From Candidatus Latescibacterota bacterium (lineage in GTDB: Bacteria; Krumholzibacteriota; Krumholzibacteriia; WVZY01; JAKEHA01), in assembly GCA_963707635.1 (NCBI GenBank), contig OY970173.1, positions 160,001 through 224,000 on the forward strand: a stretch of 64,000 nucleotides of DNA, written 5' to 3'. The notes beneath the pieces are model-generated. The model was not told the DNA's origin and did no database searches. It worked only from the letters and a program-made list of their open reading frames with translations. The position numbers were made by a program, and so were the translations under genes. Shown one piece after another: positions 18,052 to 31,036 of the stretch; positions within the stretch are counted from its first letter, which is position 1, and each line of letters starts with the position of its first letter.

Positions 18052-19893
18052 ATGAGTTTGTGCCGGATCACGCTGCTGGTCGTCGCTTCCCTGCTATGGC
18101 TCCCCCGACACCCCTTCGCCCAGCCCTGGCGGTTCGCTGACGTCACCATCGACGCCGGCCTTGCGTACGAGCACGGCTTCACCACCCCACGCGTGTCGGT
18201 CCGCCGCATGCTTCTCGCCGGAGTCGCCACCGGCGACTATGACAACGACGGCTGGGTGGACCTCTACGCCATCCGCGGCGACATCGGCCCCAACCTGCTC
18301 TTCCGGAACACGCACGACGGACGCTTCGAAGAAGTCGGCGCCGCGGCCGGTGTGGCCGTCGACGGCGCGATCGAGAGCGGCGCGCTATTCGCCGACTTCG
18401 ACGGAGACGGGTGGCTCGACCTGTTCGTCGGTGGCATGGAGGACACTCCCAACCTGTTGTTCCGAAACGCCGGCGACGGGACCTTCGTCGACGCAACGGC
18501 CGCCTCCGGGCTGGTCATGAATCTCGACACGTTTTCGGCGACGGCTGGAGACTACGACCGCGACGGCGACCTGGACCTCTTCCTCGCCCACTGGGATGTT
18601 CCCATGCAGAACTCCCATCTGTGGATGAACGACGGTGCCGGGTCGTTCGTCTGCGTGGACGCCGCCGCCGGTCTCCACAACCTCGGTAATGGAACACGGG
18701 ACTTCACCTTCACCGGCAACTTCGCCGACATCGATGCCGACGGCTGGCCGGACCTTCTCGTGGCCGGCGACTTCGGCACCTCGCGCGTGTTCATGAATAG
18801 TCGGGATGGCACCTTTCGGGACGCCACCACGAGCGTGATTTCGGACGAAAACGGGATGGGTGCCGCGATCGGCGACTACGACAATGACGGGGATTTCGAC
18901 TGGTTCGTGTCCTCGATCTGGGAAGACTCGCTCCGTTCCGGCGACGCATGGGGCATCACCGGTAACCGGATGTATCGAAATCGCGGCGACGGATCCTTCG
19001 AGGACGTCACCGACGAAACTGGTGTGCGGCGCGGATTCTGGGGCTGGGGCAGCGTGTTCGCCGACTTCAACAACGACGGTCATCTCGACCTGTATCACGT
19101 GAACGGCTACCCGTTCGAAGACGATTTCTTCCTCAACGATCCCGCGCGACTGTTCGTCTCCGACGGCGACGGTAGGTTCGACGAGCGCTCGGCGGAACTG
19201 GGCGCGGACCTCACGGGCCAGGGTCGCGGGGTCGTGTGCTTCGACTTCGACCGCGACGGCGATCTGGATATCTTCGTCGCCAACCACTTTCAGGCGCCGG
19301 TGCTGCTGCGCAACGACGGCGGCAACGCGCAGTCGTACCTGTCGCTCCTGCTGCGCGGCACCCAACCGAATACGCAGGCGATCGGCGCGCGGGTGCGCGT
19401 GGAGGCTGGCGGGAGCGCGCAGCTGCGCGAGGTGGGCGCGGGAAGCAACTACCTGTCCCAGAATCCGGCGGACATTCACGTCGGTCTGGGCGTCGCGAGC
19501 CGGGCGGATCGCGTCACCATCGCCTGGCCGGACGGGACGGTCACCGTCCTGGAGAATATCGCCGTGAATCAGCGCCTGGTGGTGGACCAGCCAGGACCCG
19601 GCGTCGGCACACCGCCGCCGGACCGTCGAGCCCTGCGCATTCTCGGGAGCCAGCCGAACCCATTTGCGGGCGAGACCGTGGTTCACTTCGACGCCGCGGG
19701 CAGCACCGACGTCACCACCACGGTCTACGACGTCGCCGGCCGCAGGATTCGACGGTTGGGCGCCTCCGATTCGGGCACGGTGCGTTGGGACGGCCGCAAT
19801 GACAGCGGCGCCCGCGTCGCGAGCGGCATCTACCTGCTTCGCGTCGAGAGTTCGCGCGGCAACGATTCGGTCCGCGTCGTGCTGGTCCGCTGA
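18052..19893 (+). CDS. CRTAC1/ASPIC-UnbV FG-GAP repeat protein with FlgD-like C-terminal domain
   Basis: Seven D(Y/F)DxDGxxDL repeats, AIGARV..SNYLSQ..HVGLG ASPIC motif, PNPF..WDGRND.G..VASGIY. Confidence 0.9.
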   Translation: MSLCRITLLVVASLLWLPRHPFAQPWRFADVTIDAGLAYEHGFTTPRVSVRRMLLAGVATGDYDNDGWVDLYAIRGDIGPNLLFRNTHDGRFEEVGAAAGVAVDGAIESGALFADFDGDGWLDLFVGGMEDTPNLLFRNAGDGTFVDATAASGLVMNLDTFSATAGDYDRDGDLDLFLAHWDVPMQNSHLWMNDGAGSFVCVDAAAGLHNLGNGTRDFTFTGNFADIDADGWPDLLVAGDFGTSRVFMNSRDGTFRDATTSVISDENGMGAAIGDYDNDGDFDWFVSSIWEDSLRSGDAWGITGNRMYRNRGDGSFEDVTDETGVRRGFWGWGSVFADFNNDGHLDLYHVNGYPFEDDFFLNDPARLFVSDGDGRFDERSAELGADLTGQGRGVVCFDFDRDGDLDIFVANHFQAPVLLRNDGGNAQSYLSLLLRGTQPNTQAIGARVRVEAGGSAQLREVGAGSNYLSQNPADIHVGLGVASRADRVTIAWPDGTVTVLENIAVNQRLVVDQPGPGVGTPPPDRRALRILGSQPNPFAGETVVHFDAAGSTDVTTTVYDVAGRRIRRLGASDSGTVRWDGRNDSGARVASGIYLLRVESSRGNDSVRVVLVR

Positions 19894-20077
19894 AAACCGC
19901 GCACGAGGGAAGCATCGGGTATCACAGGGAACCATCGGAACAAAATCAAAGGCGCGCCAATCCATGCGTGGAAACGATACGGACGTTGGTGCTAGAATGA
20001 TGCACACGCTAAATTCACATCTCCACCGTGGAGACGTGCCTCGTCGGCAGTACCCCAACGTAACGAGTTGATGCATC

Positions 20078-21659
20078 ATGCTCCTCAGGCGTTCGCAGCG
20101 ATGGTGTTCCCTTTTCTCCCTGTGCGTTCTTGCCATGGTTTCCGCGTCGTGCGGCACCGGCGGTGATCCCGTCGCGCCGCCGGACATCCACAGCCGCACC
20201 GCCGTCAACGGCGGCAATCTCGTCGGCACGTGGACCGCGATGAACAGCGGCACGACCGAGCTGCTCTGGGGTGTCTCGGGCTCGACCGAGCACGAAGTGA
20301 TCGCGGTCGGCACGCGCGGCACGGCGATTCATCTCGCCGCCGAGACGTGGGAGGGTAAGGCCACGGGAACGGCGCGCGATCTCTGCGACGTGTGGGGGGC
20401 GTCCGACGGACGCGCCATTGCGGTCGGGACCGGCGGAACGGCGCTCGTCTACGACGGTTCGCAGTGGAGCGCCAGGACGAGCGGGACAGGACTCGGCCTG
20501 TACGACGCGGCGGGCTTCGATGGCTTCGAAGCGGTGGCCGTGGGCGACTCCGGGACGATTCTACATTTCGACGGCACCGGTTGGTCGCGGATGACGAGCG
20601 GCACCGACGTGAGCCTCTTCAGCGTATGGGGTAGCTCACCTGACGATATTTTCGCGGTTGGCGTCGGCGGGACCATCGTTCACTACGACGGCAGCGAGTG
20701 GGGTTTCATGGACACCCCCACGCCGCAGAACCTCTCGGCGGTCTGGGGCACCGCGAGCGACAACGTGTGGGCGATCGGCGACGAGGGCACCATCATTCAT
20801 TACGACGGCGCGGCGTGGGCGCCTGTGACCAACGGCGTCGCGCGCAGCCTCGTCGCGGGCAACTTCTATGACGTCTGGGGCAGCGCGGCGGTGAGACATC
20901 TGGGTCGTGGGCAAGAACGGGACGATTCTCCACTCCGACGGCAGCGCGTGGAGTGTGGTCACCAGCGGCACCACCGAAGACCTGTTCGGCGTGTGGGGGC
21001 GTTCCGCGACCGAGGTCTACGCCGTCGGCGCGAACGGGACCGTGCTTCGCTTCGGACCGGAGACCCGTTCCGCTGACCTCGCGGAGTGGTTGTGCCACGA
21101 CCACCCCAACGGAGCCGTCGCGCCGCCGCTCTACGGGCTTCGGATCGACGACCTGCTCGGAGATGGCAACTACACCTTCAGCTTCGACTACGCCGACGAG
21201 ACCGGGAGCGCGCGCGTCATCCTGAGCTACGACGAGTCGGCCGGATCGATACACATCACCGGACGAGCCTACGGCGGACGCGTCGAGAACGACGCCTGGT
21301 CCACTTCGTCGCGCGGTTGGATCGACATCGACTTCACCTACACGAGCAACCTCGCGGTGAAGGACGATTGCGGAGCGCTCTCGGGCGATGATCTGTACAT
21401 CACCGGTGAAGCCGCGGCCAACCACGGAACCATCGCGCTCGACGGCTGGGGCGGGAATCTCGTCTTCGAGTGCACCGACCGCTCGGGCGAAGGCGGCGGG
21501 TGCTCGTTCCTCTTCGACAACGACTACGACTCGAAGGGCAACGCCCAGATCGCGGACGACCTGTCGATCTGGTCGGCATCGGGATGGCTCGAGCCGCACG
21601 TGGGCGGGTCGAGGGACTGGCTCTTCATCGCCGAGAAGATCTCCGTGCCGGCGCAATAG
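20078..21659 (+). pseudogene. beta-propeller repeat lipoprotein, frameshifted at about 20890
   Basis: About 40-aa W..TSGT..L..VWG...AVG..GT..HYDG repeats continue from the 20078 frame into the 20907 frame; lipobox VSASC. Confidence 0.75.
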
Positions 21660-21692
21660 CGCCGGCGCGGGCCGGTCAGGAACGGGCGGGCG

Positions 21693-23612
21693 CTAGCGCA
21701 CGAGCACGAGCTTCCGGCTGACGGCACCGGCGCCGCGAAACTCGAGCCGCACGAAGTAGACGCCGGAGGTCACGTCGCGGCCTCCATCGTCGCGGCCGTC
21801 CCAGGCCAGCGTGTGCTCGCCGCGCGCGCGATGCCCGCGGAAGAGGCTTCTGACGCGGTGGCCGGCCGCGTCGTACACCGCCACCGTGTGCTCGCCCCCC
21901 TCCGTGAACGTGGCATACTCGATGTGGACCTCGCGGCCGAAGGGATTCGGCCACGCGTTGCGCAGGGCCCCGGCTGCGTCGGGCACACGATCTCCCACAC
22001 CCGCCGGGGCGCCATCGCGAAGCTCGTAGAAGTAGACGAACGCGGAGGCCAGCGCCTCCTCGAACTCCGCCTCGTAGTTACCCGGAAAATAGCCAAGCAT
22101 GCCGAACGCGTTCTGCACGCTGGCCAGGTTCGCCAGGAAGTAGTTGGCGGCGGCGGTTCGCGTCGCCGATCCGCTCTGCGGCGCGGAGCCGGTGTGGCCG
22201 GCGGCGGCCCCGGTCTCTTCGAGATAGAGCGGCGAGGTCTGCGCAAACAATCCTCCCGCGCTCACGACGTGCCAGCCGGAAGCCGTGCCGGTCACCCGCG
22301 CCACCACCCAGGTGATTCCGTCGGGATCGAACTGGAACGAGGATGTGAACGTCTTCGCGGGCCCGCCGGGAGGCATCAGCACCGCCAGCGTTCCCGTGTC
22401 TCCGATGATCTCCACCCGAGAGATGGGCAGGCTGCACGTGACCTCGACGTTTCCCTGCAGCACGGATCCGTCGTGCGTGACGATGTCTCCGGGGCCGGCG
22501 CCATCGAGATCGAAGTGCGTGAACAGCGGATAGTTGGTAACGAATGAGTGTCCCGCCTTGAAGCCAGCAATCCAGGAGTCCATGGACAACGCGGATTGCG
22601 GCTGCACGTACACGCGGTACCCCCCGGCCGGACCCGAGACGCCGCTTCCAAGCGAGCAATCGGTGCCCGCCGACGAGGGAATACGAAAGCCCGCGTTGAG
22701 CGCCTGAAAATACGGCGCCGTCCCCTGCGGGGGCGGCGCGCTCCAGAAGCTCAACAGATCGATCGCGTCGACCGCCCCGGCGGGAAGGTCTAACGCCATG
22801 CCCCGCCACATCCCGCCCCCCGGCCATTGCGTGACATCGTACAGGTTGAAGGTCGTGAACGGATGGGCGGCGATTACCGCGACTTCCCCGGGTTGGGAGT
22901 GAACGGCCGCATAGATGGATGCGTCGGGCATCCGCCCGCACGCGACCCCCGGGCCGGGGCAGCTGTCCGGGTCGGTGATCCACTGCTTGAGCCCGAGAAT
23001 GGCGAGGTGCGAGTAGTGCGAGTTGCGCTGCTCCTTGCTGAAATAAATGATGCGATCGGCCTGGCTCACGGGGTGAACGGCTCCCGTGAAATAGGGCTGC
23101 TCCTCCATCGAATTGATGACGTTGAGATCCTCGCCCTTCGCGACCCGCAGCAGGTCGGTTGCGCCGAGCGCGTACGCGACCGGCGGGTGCGAGATATGGA
23201 CGTGCGTGTCACCCGAGTACCAGCCGAGGGCGTTCATGTCGACACGTCGGTGCAACGTGACCGTCACCGACGCCGGAGCGCCGACCACGATCACGGTATC
23301 CACCGACTCGTACTCGAATCCACGCCCCGCGCGCACGGACACCGATCCGGCGGGGACGTCGACCGTGACCGGACCGTCGGCGTAGAAGTAGCTCGAGGTC
23401 TCGCGCTCCTGGTAGATGCGCGCGGCGGCGTCCTGCGGCGGCCAGGAGGTCGCGCCCGTGAATACTCCGGCGCGCACCACCACCGGAAGCCCGGTGGCGC
23501 CGTCGCGGAACTGGAGGGTGAGCGGAACCAATGCTCCGGCCGCCGGCATGGCCGGCAACCCCGCCATGCCCGCGGCGGCAAGTACAGCAAGAATAAGAAC
23601 GTTGCGGCGCAC
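21693..23612 (-). CDS. CehA/McbA-like PHP-fold metallohydrolase with FlgD-like C-terminal domain
   Basis: GWYSGDTHVH, AHP, AGTD, G.SFVTNYP motifs; WPNPF..WDGRDD.GR.VTSGVY..RKLVLVR. Confidence 0.82.
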   Translation of the reverse strand: MRRNVLILAVLAAAGMAGLPAMPAAGALVPLTLQFRDGATGLPVVVRAGVFTGATSWPPQDAAARIYQERETSSYFYADGPVTVDVPAGSVSVRAGRGFEYESVDTVIVVGAPASVTVTLHRRVDMNALGWYSGDTHVHISHPPVAYALGATDLLRVAKGEDLNVINSMEEQPYFTGAVHPVSQADRIIYFSKEQRNSHYSHLAILGLKQWITDPDSCPGPGVACGRMPDASIYAAVHSQPGEVAVIAAHPFTTFNLYDVTQWPGGGMWRGMALDLPAGAVDAIDLLSFWSAPPPQGTAPYFQALNAGFRIPSSAGTDCSLGSGVSGPAGGYRVYVQPQSALSMDSWIAGFKAGHSFVTNYPLFTHFDLDGAGPGDIVTHDGSVLQGNVEVTCSLPISRVEIIGDTGTLAVLMPPGGPAKTFTSSFQFDPDGITWVVARVTGTASGWHVVSAGGLFAQTSPLYLEETGAAAGHTGSAPQSGSATRTAAANYFLANLASVQNAFGMLGYFPGNYEAEFEEALASAFVYFYELRDGAPAGVGDRVPDAAGALRNAWPNPFGREVHIEYATFTEGGEHTVAVYDAAGHRVRSLFRGHRARGEHTLAWDGRDDGGRDVTSGVYFVRLEFRGAGAVSRKLVLVR

Positions 23613-23701
23613 TGTGTCGGACTCCCCGCCCAAGTGTGCAGTCAAACGAGAGGTGGGGAAACTGCGCGGCGAGTTTAGCAGCTTTTGGCTATGATTGAGG
23701 C

Positions 23702-24781
23702 ATGAATCGGGCTGTGGCATCCGCTGCCGTGTACCTGTGCGCGGTATTGGTCGCGCCGCCGCGAGCCACGGCCAGCGACGAAACGTGGCCGCAGGAGCGG
23801 TTTTTCTATCGAGGACTCTCCTACGGGTCGGACGCCACCTTCCACCCGATCAGCGAAGTCATCAACGGAGCGTTCGGGATTCTCCAGGTCTCGAGCAACT
23901 GGGTCCCGCTCGACCAGATCGACTGGCGCCAGGGACTGGATGTGACGTGGGAGAGCATCACGCACCCGGTCCGCACGGTGGATGCGTACGGTCAAACCGA
24001 ATTCCTGACCGACGAGCTCGTGCCCGGCAAACTCGGATGGAGCGAGCTGCAGTGGGTGCCCAACTACAGTTTGCACTTGATCGGCGGCGGGGCCCGAAAC
24101 CGCGCCTTCACCGAGTGGTATGACGCGCACGATTTCGCGGCGCCCGCGGTCTGGGCCTGGGGAACGACGATGTTCCACGCGATCGCGGTGGAAACGGTCG
24201 AGCACTATGGAAAGTCGCGACCGACCGTGGACCCGGTGGCCGACATGCTCCTCTTCGACCCCGCCGGCGCGCTTCTGTTCACCAGCGATCACGTCGCGAG
24301 GTTCTTCTCTCACACACTCAACATGGCGATCTGGTCCGGGCAGCCCGTGTACAACCCGGTGGTCAACACGTTCGAGAATGCGGGAGAGAACTACGGGCTG
24401 CACTTCTTCTTCAGCGACCGGCACCGGGTGGGGATCTTCTCGTACTGGGGGATGACGCACCTGCTGGGCGTCACCGTGCGCGGCGGAGAGTTGTTCGACT
24501 GGTCGGTCGGTCTGGGCGGGGTGGCGAACGAGCTTCGCGAGCAGGATCAGGGCAACGTCTCGGGCTCCGTCTACGCGCGCATCAAGCTCGACGCCGGCGC
24601 CTTCATCCACCGTAACGGCTCGCTGCTGGCCTCGGTCCAGGTCTCGCAGGCGTGGTTGCAGACCTTCCGCATGACAGTTTATCCGGGGTTGTTCACCGTC
24701 GGCGGGTTGTCGACCGGGTTCTACACGCGCAAAAATACTAGCAATTGGCAAGCGACACCGGAATTCGCGGCGACGATGTGA
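23702..24781 (+). CDS. secreted/outer-membrane hypothetical protein; C-terminus probably disrupted by a 32-bp insertion (repaired stop at 24834)
   Basis: Signal peptide, beta-strand-rich C-terminal half; TATGAT 6 nt before ATG. Confidence 0.7.
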   Translation: MNRAVASAAVYLCAVLVAPPRATASDETWPQERFFYRGLSYGSDATFHPISEVINGAFGILQVSSNWVPLDQIDWRQGLDVTWESITHPVRTVDAYGQTEFLTDELVPGKLGWSELQWVPNYSLHLIGGGARNRAFTEWYDAHDFAAPAVWAWGTTMFHAIAVETVEHYGKSRPTVDPVADMLLFDPAGALLFTSDHVARFFSHTLNMAIWSGQPVYNPVVNTFENAGENYGLHFFFSDRHRVGIFSYWGMTHLLGVTVRGGELFDWSVGLGGVANELREQDQGNVSGSVYARIKLDAGAFIHRNGSLLASVQVSQAWLQTFRMTVYPGLFTVGGLSTGFYTRKNTSNWQATPEFAATM

Positions 24782-24859
24782 TCGTGGGTGTGAGTCTCTC
24801 CCGCTTCCCGATCGGCCTGGCGGTTTCGAACTAGGCGCGCTGCCGTATCCGTCCGCGTA

Positions 24860-27196
<2,337 letters not shown>

Positions 27197-27288
27197 GGGA
27201 CGACGGCGTTCGAGGTTGCTCACGCTGCGTGACAGGAACCTGGAGGCTACCTGAAACCCGCTGGCCACGCAAGCGAGCTGCCGCTCCC

Positions 27289-27303
27289 CGGCACACGAAT
27301 TGC
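27289..27303 (+). promoter_or_regulatory. putative sigma54 promoter
   Basis: CGGCACACGAATTGC, near-consensus GGCAC-N5-TTGC, about 80 nt upstream of 27385. Confidence 0.6.
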
Positions 27304-27384
27304 CCTCTACCACCTGCTCAACAGAACTGACCACAAACTGGTCGATTAGTGACCGTAGGCGCTGGTGTTTTTTGGAGGTGCTCC

Positions 27385-29307
27385 GTGGGCAAACGGGTTT
27401 TCTTCTTATGCTTGGCAGTCGGGGTCTTCTCCGCTTCGGCGTCACTGCATGCGGCTCCGATTCACCAGTGGAGCAAGCGCTTCGGAACGGCTCTCAACCA
27501 GATCGGTAACGGCGTAGCCACCGACGGCTCCTACAACGTCATCGTGACCGGCGAATTGAACGGCACCGCCGACTTCGGCGGGGGCCCGCTCACCAGCGGG
27601 GGGAACGCGGACGTCTTCCTCGCGAAGTTCGACATCAACGGCGCCCACCTCTGGAGCAAGCGCTTCGGAGGCGCCCTCAACCAGATCGGCTATTCCGTGG
27701 CGGCGAACGCGTCGGGCGGCATCGCCATCACCGGCGACCTCAACGGCACGGCGGATTTCGGGGGCGGCCTCCTCACGAGCGCGGGCAACACCGACGTCTT
27801 CGTCGCAAGGTTCGACGCCGGAGGCACTCATTCGTGGAGCAAACGCTTCGGGGACGCCACCGTCCAGACCGGCACGTCGGTAGCGATGGACGGCGCGGGC
27901 AACGTGATCGTCACGGGTGAGCTCAGCGGCACGGCCGACTTCGGCGGCGGCCCGCTCACGAGCGCGGGTGGTGTGGACGTCTTCGTCGCGAAATTCGACG
28001 CCAGCGGCAACCATCTCTGGAGCAAGCGCTACGGCGCCGCGTCCGACCAGCTGTGCAATTCGGTCGACGTGGACGGCTCCGGCAACATATTCATCACCGG
28101 CGAATTGAACGGGACGACCGATTTCGGAGGCGGGCCCCTCACCAGCGCCGGCAACACCGATATCTTCCTGGTGAAGATCGACGCCAATGGCAACCATGTC
28201 TGGAGCAAGAGCTTCGGGGCAACCCAATCGCAGATCTGCTACGCGGTGTCGACGGACGGGCCGGGCAACGCCGTCATCGTCGGCGAGCTCCGCGGCACGA
28301 CCGACTTCGGAGGAGGCGTGCTCACCAGCGCAGGCGCTGCCGATATCTTCGTCGTCAAGTTCGACACCAACGGCAACCATCTCTGGAGCAAACGTTTCGG
28401 GGCGGCCGGCAACCAGAGCGGGTTCTCCGTCGTGGGCTATGGGTCCGGCGGCGTGGCCATCACCGGGCAATTCTCGGGCACCACGGATTTCGGCGGCGGG
28501 CCGCTCACCAGCGCGGGTGGCCAGGACGCCTTTCTCGTGAAGTTGGATGCCGGTGGGAACCATCTGTGGAGTCAGCGGTTTGGCGACCCCCAGACCGAGA
28601 CCGGCTATTCCGTTGCGGTGGACGGCTGGGGCGACGTGGTCTTCACCGGCCGTTTTGCCGGGGTCATCAATTTTGGCGGTGCGCCGCTCACGAGCGCGGG
28701 TGGTTACGACGCGTTCCTCACGAAGTTCATCGACGAGAACCTCGTGCCGGTGCTCTTCACGCGTTTCGAAGCGAGCAACCGGGACGGGGACGTCGAGATC
28801 ACCTGGGACGTCTCGAGCGACGAAGCGCTCACCCGTTTCACCCTCTACCGACGCGACGACGCGCACCCGCAGGCAATCGCGCTGGTGCAGGGCGTCGTCG
28901 AGCCGATGACGCGCTCGTACCTCGACGCGCGCGTCGAGCCGGGGCACACGTATCATTATGAGCTCGTAGTCGAGACGCGGGACGGCGACGAGTTCCGCTC
29001 CCCGGTGGCAACCGTGACTGTCGGGCGCATCCTGGCGGTGCTCGGTCAGAACTTCCCGAACCCGTTCAATCCGGCCACGACGATCGAGTACACGGTCACG
29101 GAACGAACGCGGTTGGCCCTGGAGATCTACGACGTAACCGGAAGTCTGGTCGTTCGCCTCGACCAGGGCGTGCGCGACGCCGGCACCTACCGCGTCAAGT
29201 GGGAAGGCCGCGACGGTTCCGGCCTTCCAGTCGGAAGCGGCGTATACTTCTACCGGTTGGAGGGCGTGCCGCGCCTTGGGCTGAAAAAGATGATCCTGGT
29301 GAAGTAG
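27385..29307 (+). CDS. SBBP-like seven-repeat beta-propeller protein with FlgD-like C-terminal domain
   Basis: GGAGG SD + GTG; seven 61-aa repeats; NFPNPFNP..GSGVYFYRL..KKMILVK. Confidence 0.88.
   Translation: MGKRVFFLCLAVGVFSASASLHAAPIHQWSKRFGTALNQIGNGVATDGSYNVIVTGELNGTADFGGGPLTSGGNADVFLAKFDINGAHLWSKRFGGALNQIGYSVAANASGGIAITGDLNGTADFGGGLLTSAGNTDVFVARFDAGGTHSWSKRFGDATVQTGTSVAMDGAGNVIVTGELSGTADFGGGPLTSAGGVDVFVAKFDASGNHLWSKRYGAASDQLCNSVDVDGSGNIFITGELNGTTDFGGGPLTSAGNTDIFLVKIDANGNHVWSKSFGATQSQICYAVSTDGPGNAVIVGELRGTTDFGGGVLTSAGAADIFVVKFDTNGNHLWSKRFGAAGNQSGFSVVGYGSGGVAITGQFSGTTDFGGGPLTSAGGQDAFLVKLDAGGNHLWSQRFGDPQTETGYSVAVDGWGDVVFTGRFAGVINFGGAPLTSAGGYDAFLTKFIDENLVPVLFTRFEASNRDGDVEITWDVSSDEALTRFTLYRRDDAHPQAIALVQGVVEPMTRSYLDARVEPGHTYHYELVVETRDGDEFRSPVATVTVGRILAVLGQNFPNPFNPATTIEYTVTERTRLALEIYDVTGSLVVRLDQGVRDAGTYRVKWEGRDGSGLPVGSGVYFYRLEGVPRLGLKKMILVK
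27463..28730 (+). repeat. seven tandem 183-bp (61-aa) intragenic repeats
   Basis: HxWSKRFG...TGELNGTxDFGGGPLTSAG..DxFxxKFD recurs 7 times at 183-nt spacing. Confidence 0.85.
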
Positions 29308-29364
29308 GGAATAGCGTACACTGCTGCGTCCAAGGAGCCGGGACATGGTTCCGGACCGAGGACG

Positions 29365-30162
29365 ATGCCTCACAAGCTTGCGCTGCTGACTTCGGCCCTG
29401 TGTCTGCTCGTCTCCCCCCACTCCGTTCGGGCGCAGTCTCCCTATTCACTCGATTCCACGCGCGAGTGGGCGCTTTTCGGCACCGGCGTCGTCATGGGTC
29501 TCGGCGGGTTGTTCATGACCACCCACGTCGACCCGCTGACCCTGGACCAGATCAACAGCCTCGACGTGAACGACATCAACAGCTTCGACCGCGGATCGAT
29601 GCAGCCATACCGCGACGATCACGCGGGCGACGCCGTGACTTTTGCGTCGTACCTCGTGCCGCTGACGTTTCTCGCCCGCGACGACACCCGCGATGACTTC
29701 AAGACGCTCGGGACGATGTGGGTGGAGGCGACGCTGCTGAATCTGGGAATCAACGGGATCGTCAAGGCCGCGGTGGCGCGCACCCGCCCGTACGCCTACG
29801 ATCCCGACGCCCCGTTGGACAAGAAGACGGACCGCACCGCGCGCCTGTCGTTCTACTCCGGTCACACCACCTCGACCGCCACGAACTGCTTCTTTGCCGC
29901 CCGGGTGTTCTCGGACTACCTGACCGACGATACCGCCGAAGCGTTGCTATGGACGGGAGCCGTGTTGTACCCCGCGTTGAGCGGGTTCCTGCGGGTGGAC
30001 TCCGGGCACCATTTCACCACCGACGTGATCACCGGATACGTGATCGGCGCGTCCATCGGTCTGCTCGTGCCCGCCGTGCACCGCCACCAGGATGATCGGC
30101 TGTCGCTGCAGCCGACGTCCGGCGGCGTCAACATGGGGATCAGTTTTCAGCTGACGTTCTGA
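29365..30162 (+). CDS. PAP2-family phosphatase
   Basis: KAAVARTRP, SFYSGH, RVDSGHH..TDV motifs. Confidence 0.88.
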   Translation: MPHKLALLTSALCLLVSPHSVRAQSPYSLDSTREWALFGTGVVMGLGGLFMTTHVDPLTLDQINSLDVNDINSFDRGSMQPYRDDHAGDAVTFASYLVPLTFLARDDTRDDFKTLGTMWVEATLLNLGINGIVKAAVARTRPYAYDPDAPLDKKTDRTARLSFYSGHTTSTATNCFFAARVFSDYLTDDTAEALLWTGAVLYPALSGFLRVDSGHHFTTDVITGYVIGASIGLLVPAVHRHQDDRLSLQPTSGGVNMGISFQLTF

Positions 30163-30189
30163 CCTCGATGGCGGGCGCTGACGCCGCGT

Positions 30190-31014
30190 TCAGTCCGACG
30201 GATACAACTTGGACGCCTTCTCGGCCGAGGTCGTGATGCCCTTGATCATCGCCGAGCTGAATCCCTCGTGTTCCATCTGGTTCAAGCCGGCGATCGTGCA
30301 TCCCCGCGGGGTCGTCACGCGGTCGATTTCGTATTCGGGGTGATTCTGCGCCGCCAGCAGCAGCGTCGCCGCGCCCCTCGCCGTCTGGGCGGCGATGGCC
30401 AGCGCCTCTTTCGAGTGAAAGCCGATTTCGATCCCGCCCTGCGATGCCGCCCGGATCGCGCGCAGGAAGAAGGCGACGCCGCACGCCCCCAGTGCGGTGG
30501 CGGCGATCATCCCGGTCTCCTCGATGACCTGGGTCTTTCCGACGGTTTCGAAGATCGACTTCGCCACGTCCAGCGCGGACGCATGACGCGCGTCCGCCGC
30601 GAGGCAGGTCATCGACTCGCGCACCGCGATCGCCGTGTTGGGCATCGCGCGCACGATGGCGACGCCGTCGCCGACCTTGCGCGCGATCTGGCGCGTGCCG
30701 ACCCCGGTCACCACCGAAATAACGGTGTGGCACCCCGGCGCGAGCTCGGGCGCGATCTCCTCGAGCACGTGATCCATGTGCTGCGGCTCGACAGCCACAA
30801 GGATAACGTCGGCGCTCTTCACCGCGCGGCGATTGTCCGGCTCGAGGACGAATCCCCGCGCCTTCAGCTCGCCGAGGAGTTCGATTCGCCGGCGGGTGAG
30901 CGTGATATGTTCGGGCCGGAACCTTCCCGAGTCCGCCAGGCCGCTCGCGATGGCCACGCCGATGTTTCCCGCGCCGATGATGGCGATACGACGCGTGTTC
31001 TTCTGGGCTTCCAT
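30190..31014 (-). CDS. proC: pyrroline-5-carboxylate reductase
   Basis: IGAGNIG, RAMPN, VTTPRGCTIAGL. Confidence 0.93.
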   Translation of the reverse strand: MEAQKNTRRIAIIGAGNIGVAIASGLADSGRFRPEHITLTRRRIELLGELKARGFVLEPDNRRAVKSADVILVAVEPQHMDHVLEEIAPELAPGCHTVISVVTGVGTRQIARKVGDGVAIVRAMPNTAIAVRESMTCLAADARHASALDVAKSIFETVGKTQVIEETGMIAATALGACGVAFFLRAIRAASQGGIEIGFHSKEALAIAAQTARGAATLLLAAQNHPEYEIDRVTTPRGCTIAGLNQMEHEGFSSAMIKGITTSAEKASKLYPSD

Positions 31015-31036
31015 AGTGTGCGCCGAGTGGCGTCTC

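Noticed and set aside
27463..28730. Regular repeats considered as a CRISPR array or DGR template/variable repeats
   Set aside because: In-frame 183-bp coding repeats with no unique spacers; no cas or reverse transcriptase gene; no evident adenine-specific variation
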